Part shown: positions 59,701 to 64,000 of the stretch, one piece after another
Layout of the letters: each line of letters opens with the position of its first letter
Position numbering within the stretch: position 1 is the stretch's first letter
NCBI GenBank assembly: GCA_951406725.2
Contig: CATOCA020000003.1
Span: 124,001 to 188,000 of the forward strand
DNA from: Octopus vulgaris
Taxonomy: Eukaryota
Direction: 5' to 3'
Length of the DNA: 64,000 bases
Position numbers and translations under genes: made by a program
Notes under the pieces: model-generated
What the model was told of the DNA's origin: nothing
Database searches by the model: none
The model's input: the letters and a program-made list of their open reading frames with translations, nothing else

Positions 59701-62700
59701 GCCGGGGCCAATCCGTTTGCTTACGGTCCGAGCACCTCCTTAACTCACGGGTCGGACCACGTCGCTGTTTTTACCCGGTGCATATCGCCACGCACTCCCG
59801 GCGACTGACGGCATCGATCGCGCCTACGTCCACGTGTACGCGGGCGAGAGCGCCAGCTTCGCTCAAGCTCCACTTCGGCCTCGCCGTAGCGCGGCGGAGG
59901 CGCGGGCGAAGGCGGTCGCAGGCCCGCCGCTACCGGCTCCGGCCGCAGTTTGTCACCTTTCGGGAATTTACGAGACGGACCACGTCGCCGTATCGAACGC
60001 CCGTACCTCGCAACATCGGTCGCGGCTAGGTCCACGCGTACGTGGCCGACACCGCCAACTTAGTTTCGTGCTTTCGATTCCACGCACGGTTCGGCGGCGG
60101 AGACTTGGGCGACCGGCGCAGGCCTTGCGCAGGCCTGCCGCTACATCGCGCTAGCCGCAGTTTGTCATCTTTCGGGATTTTACGGGACGGACCGCCTCGC
60201 CGTATCGAGCGCGTGCATCTCGTGAACGCCTTCCGGCATCGCTGGCGGCTACGTCTACGCGTACGTGGGCCATGACGCGAGCTTGGGTTCGTTCTTTCGA
60301 TTTCGGGCACGGTAGCGCGGCGGAGCAACGGGCGACAGGCGCAGGCCTGCCGCTAACGGCCCCGCGGGGCGTGGAGGAACGGGAGAAAGCGAGGCGGCGC
60401 GAAGGCGGCGGCGGCCCGCCGGGCTGACTGCGTCGTAGACTGACGTCTCTGGCATCCTGCCGAACGGTCCCGGAGACCTCCACCTGCCGACTGCAAGCCC
60501 TCACTATAGTCTTGACCCCCTTGGGGTGCGACGGTCACCTAGAGGCGTGACTATCCAGCCGGGGCCGATCCGTTTGCTTACGGTCCGAGCACCTCCTTAA
60601 CTCACGGGTCGGACCACGTCGCTGTTTTTACCCGGTGCATATCGCCACGCACTCCCGGCGACTGACGGCATCGATCGCGCCTACGTCCACGGGTACGCGG
60701 GCGAGAGCGCGAGTTTCGCTCAAGGCGCAATCGAGCCTCTCGGTAGCGCGGCGGAGCTGCGGGCGAAGGCGGTAGAAAGCGGGCGAATGCCCGCCGCAAT
60801 CGGCCGTTGCCTGCACCGGCCTCACTTTGTCATCTTTCGGGAATTTACGGGACGGACCGCGTCGCCGCATCGAACGCCCGCACGTCGCGACATCGGTCGC
60901 GGCTACGTCCACGCGTACGCGGGCGAGACCGCACGCTCAAGTTCGTGCTTTCGATTTCACGCACGGTAGGGCGGCGGAGACGCGGGCGACCGGCGCACGC
61001 CTTCCGCCGCTACCTCGTGCTAGCCGCAGTTTGTCATCTTTCGGGATTTTACGGGACGGACCACGTACTCCTATCGAGCGCCGGTATCTCGTGAACAACT
61101 TCCGGCACCGGTGGCGGCTACGTCCACGCGTACGGGGGTCGCACCGCGAGCTTAGGTTCGTTCTTTCGATTTCGGGCACGTCTGGGCGGCGGAGCAACGG
61201 GCGACCGTGCTAGCCGCAGTTTGCCATCTTTCGTGTTTTCACGGGACGCACCACGTCGCCGTATCGACGGCGTGCATCTCGTGAACGCCTTCCGGCATCG
61301 GTGGCGGCTACGTCCACGCGTACGTGGGCGAGACCGCACGCTCAAGTTCGTTCTTTCGATTTCGGGCACGCTAGGGCGGCGGAGCAACGGGCGACCGTGC
61401 CAGCCGCAGTTTGCCATCTTTCGGGTTTTACGGGACGGACCGCGTCGCCGTATCGAGGGCGTGCATCTCGTGAACGCCTTCCGGCATCGGTGGCGGCTAC
61501 GTCCACGCGTCCGTGGGCCGTACCGCGAGCGTGGGTTCGTTCTTTCGGTTTCGGGCACGGTCGCGCGGCGGAGGAACGGGCGACCGGCGCACGCCTTCCG
61601 CCGCTACCTCGTGCTAGCCGCGGCTCGCGGACGAACGGGAGAAAGCGAGGCGGCGCGAAGGCGGCGGCCACCCGCCGGGCTGACGGCGTCGCAGGCTGAC
61701 GTCTCTGGCGTCCTGCCGAACGGTCCCCGAGGCATGAAACCTGCCGACTGCAAGCCCTCAAATATAGTGTTGACCCCCTTGGGGTGCGACGGTCACCTAG
61801 AGGCGTGACTATCCAGCCGGGGCCGATCCGTTTGCTTACGGTCCGAGCACCTCCTTAACTCACGGGTCGGACCACGTCGCTGTTTTTACCCGGTGCATAT
61901 CGCCACGCACTCCCGGCGACTGACGGCATCGATCGCGCCTACGTCCACGGGTACGCGGGCGAGAGCGCGAGTTTCGCTCAAGTCCTAAACGAGCCTCGCG
62001 GTAGCGCGGCGGAGCTGCGGGCGAAGGCGTTAGAAAGCGGGCGAATGCCCTCCGCAATCGGTCGTTGCCTGCACCGGCCTCACTTTGTCATCTTTCGGGA
62101 ATTTACGGGACGGACCGCGTGCCGCTTCGAACGCCCGCACGTCGCGACATCGGTCGCGGTTACGTCCACGCGTCCGTGGGCCGGACTGCGAGCGTGGGTT
62201 CGTTCTTTCGGTATCGGGCACGGTAGCGCGGCGGAGGAACGGGCGACCGGCGCGGGCCTGCCGCTAACGGCCCCGCGGCTCGCGGACGAACGGAAGAACG
62301 CGAGGCGGCGGCCGCCCGCCGGGCTGACGGTGTCGCAGGCTGACGTCCTGCCGAACGGTCCCCGAGGCATGAAACCTGCCGACTGCAAGCCCTCAAGTAT
62401 AGTCTTGACCCCCTTGGGGTGCGACGGTCACCTAGAGGCATGACTATCCAGCCGGGGCCGATCCGTTTGCTTACGGTCCGAGCACCTCCTTAACTCACGG
62501 GTCGGACCACGTCGCTGTTTTTACCCGGTGCATATCGCCACGCACTCCCGGCGACTGACGGCATCGATCGCGCCTACGTCCACGTGTACGCGGGCGAGAG
62601 CGCCAGCTTCGCTCAAGCTCCACTTCGGCCTCGCCGTAGCGCGGCGGAGGCGCGGGCGAAGGAGGTCGCAGGCCCGCCGCTACCGGCTCCGGCCGCAGTT

Positions 62701-64000
62701 TGTCACCTTTCGGGAATTTACGAGACGACCACGTCGCCGTATCGAACGCCCGTACCTCGCAACATCGGTCGCGGCTAGGTCCACGCGTACGTGGCCGACA
62801 CCGCCAACTTAGTTTCGTGCATTCGATTCCACGCACGGTTCGGCGGCGGAGACTTGGGCGACCGGCGCAGGCCTTGCGCAGGCCTGCCGCTACATCGCGC
62901 TAGCCGCAGTTTGTCATCTTTCGGGATTTTACGGGACGGACCGCGTCGCCGTATCGAGCGCGTGCATCTCGTGAACGCCTTCCGGCATCGCTGGCGGCTA
63001 CGTCCGCGCGTACGTGGGCCATGACGCGAGCTTGGCTTCGTTCTTTCGATTTCGGGCACGGTAGCGCGGCGGAGCAACGGGCGACAGGCGCAGGCCTGCC
63101 GCTAACGGCCCCGCGGGGCGTGGAGGAACGGGAGAAAGCGAGGCGGCGCGATGGCGGCGGCGGCCTCCCGGGCTGACTGCGTCGTAGACTGACGTCTCTG
63201 GCATCCTGCCGAACGGTCCCGGAGACCTCCACCTGCCGACTGCAAGCCCTCACTATAGTCTTGACCCCCTTGGGGTGCGACGGTCACCTAGAGGCGTGAC
63301 TATCCAGCCGGGGCCGATCCGTTTGCTTACGGTCCGAGCACCTCCTTAACTCACGGGTCGGACAACGTCGCTGTTTTTACCCGGTGCATATCGCCACGCA
63401 CTCCCGGCGACTGACGGCATCGATCGCGCCTACGTCCACGGGTACGCGTGCGAGAGCGCGAGTTTCGCTCAAGGCGCAATCGAGCCTCTCGGTAGCGCGG
63501 CGGAGCTGCGGGCGAAGGCGGTAGAAAGCGGGCGAATGCCCGCCGCAATCGGCCGTTGCCTGCACCGGCCTCACTTTGTCATCTTTCGGGAATTTACGGG
63601 ACGGACCGCGTCGCCGCATCGAACGCCCGCACGTCGCGACATCGGTCGCGGCTACGTCCACGCGTACGCGGGCGAGACCGCACGCTCAAGTTCGTGCTTT
63701 CGATTTCACGCACGGTAGGGCGGCGGAGACGCGGGCGACCGGCGCACGCCTTCCGCCGCTACCTCGTGCTAGCCGCAGTTTGTCATCTTTCGGGATTTTA
63801 CGGGACGGACCACGTACTCCTATCGAGCGCCGGTATCTCGTGAACGCCTTCCGGCACCGGTGGCGGCTACGTCCACGCGTACGGGGGTCGCACCGCGAGC
63901 TTAGGTTCGTTCTTTCGATTTCGGGCACGTCTGGGCGGCGGAGCAACGGGCGACCGTGCTAGCCGCAGTTTGCCATCTTTCGGGTTTTCACGGGACGCAC
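50710..64000. repeat. GC/CpG-rich higher-order tandem array: ~190-bp monomers plus 12 interspersed TATA-containing cassettes (candidate rDNA intergenic-spacer-type array)
   Basis: Monomer starts at 50812, 51001, 51191 and 51381 (period 189-190). The cassette core gactgcaagccct..tatagt.ttgacccccttggggtgcgacggtcacctagagg has TATAG at 51737, 53138, 54594, 56459, 57097, 57954, 59012, 59648, 60505, 61763, 62398 and 63254. The array runs off the window end. Confidence 0.93.

Noticed and set aside
50720-63962. Many Arg/Ala-rich ORFs on both strands
   Set aside because: They arise from stop-poor GC-rich tandem repeats; frames are not preserved between copies and no domain is recognisable.
50710-64000. 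CRISPR-like array or bacterial contamination
   Set aside because: There are no unique spacers, cas genes or operon structure, and the array is contiguous with a eukaryotic Gypsy fragment.
50710-64000. rRNA, 5S, tRNA or snRNA genes in the GC array
   Set aside because: No recognisable conserved rRNA, tRNA or snRNA sequence is present; only a spacer-like organisation.

Overview
Eukaryotic (animal, TTAGGG-telomere), repeat-only window with no intact host gene. The very long (TA)n/(TG)n tracts suggest a cephalopod/mollusc, but that is inference. From left to right: (1) 1-11232 is a contig with two opposed copies of one CR1-group LINE flanking a 5'-truncated Penelope-like element (PLE, GIY-YIG) folded into a ~1.24-kb inverted repeat; each arm carries a minimal type-I hammerhead ribozyme motif. 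(2) A 100-N scaffold gap follows. (3) A ~25.7-kb telomeric array has (CCCTAA)n alternating with (TTTTAA)n, the latter most likely the known nanopore TTAGGG->TTAAAA miscall, and contains a recurring cassette of variant repeats. (4) An AT-rich subtelomeric mosaic holds palindromes, a 4x478-bp tandem repeat, a small inverted interstitial telomere tract and decayed R4/Dong and Ty3/Gypsy retroelements. (5) From ~50710 to the end runs a GC/CpG-rich higher-order array of ~190-bp monomers punctuated by 12 TATA-containing cassettes, organised like an rDNA intergenic spacer with spacer promoters. Most ORFs in the supplied track are repeat artefacts.
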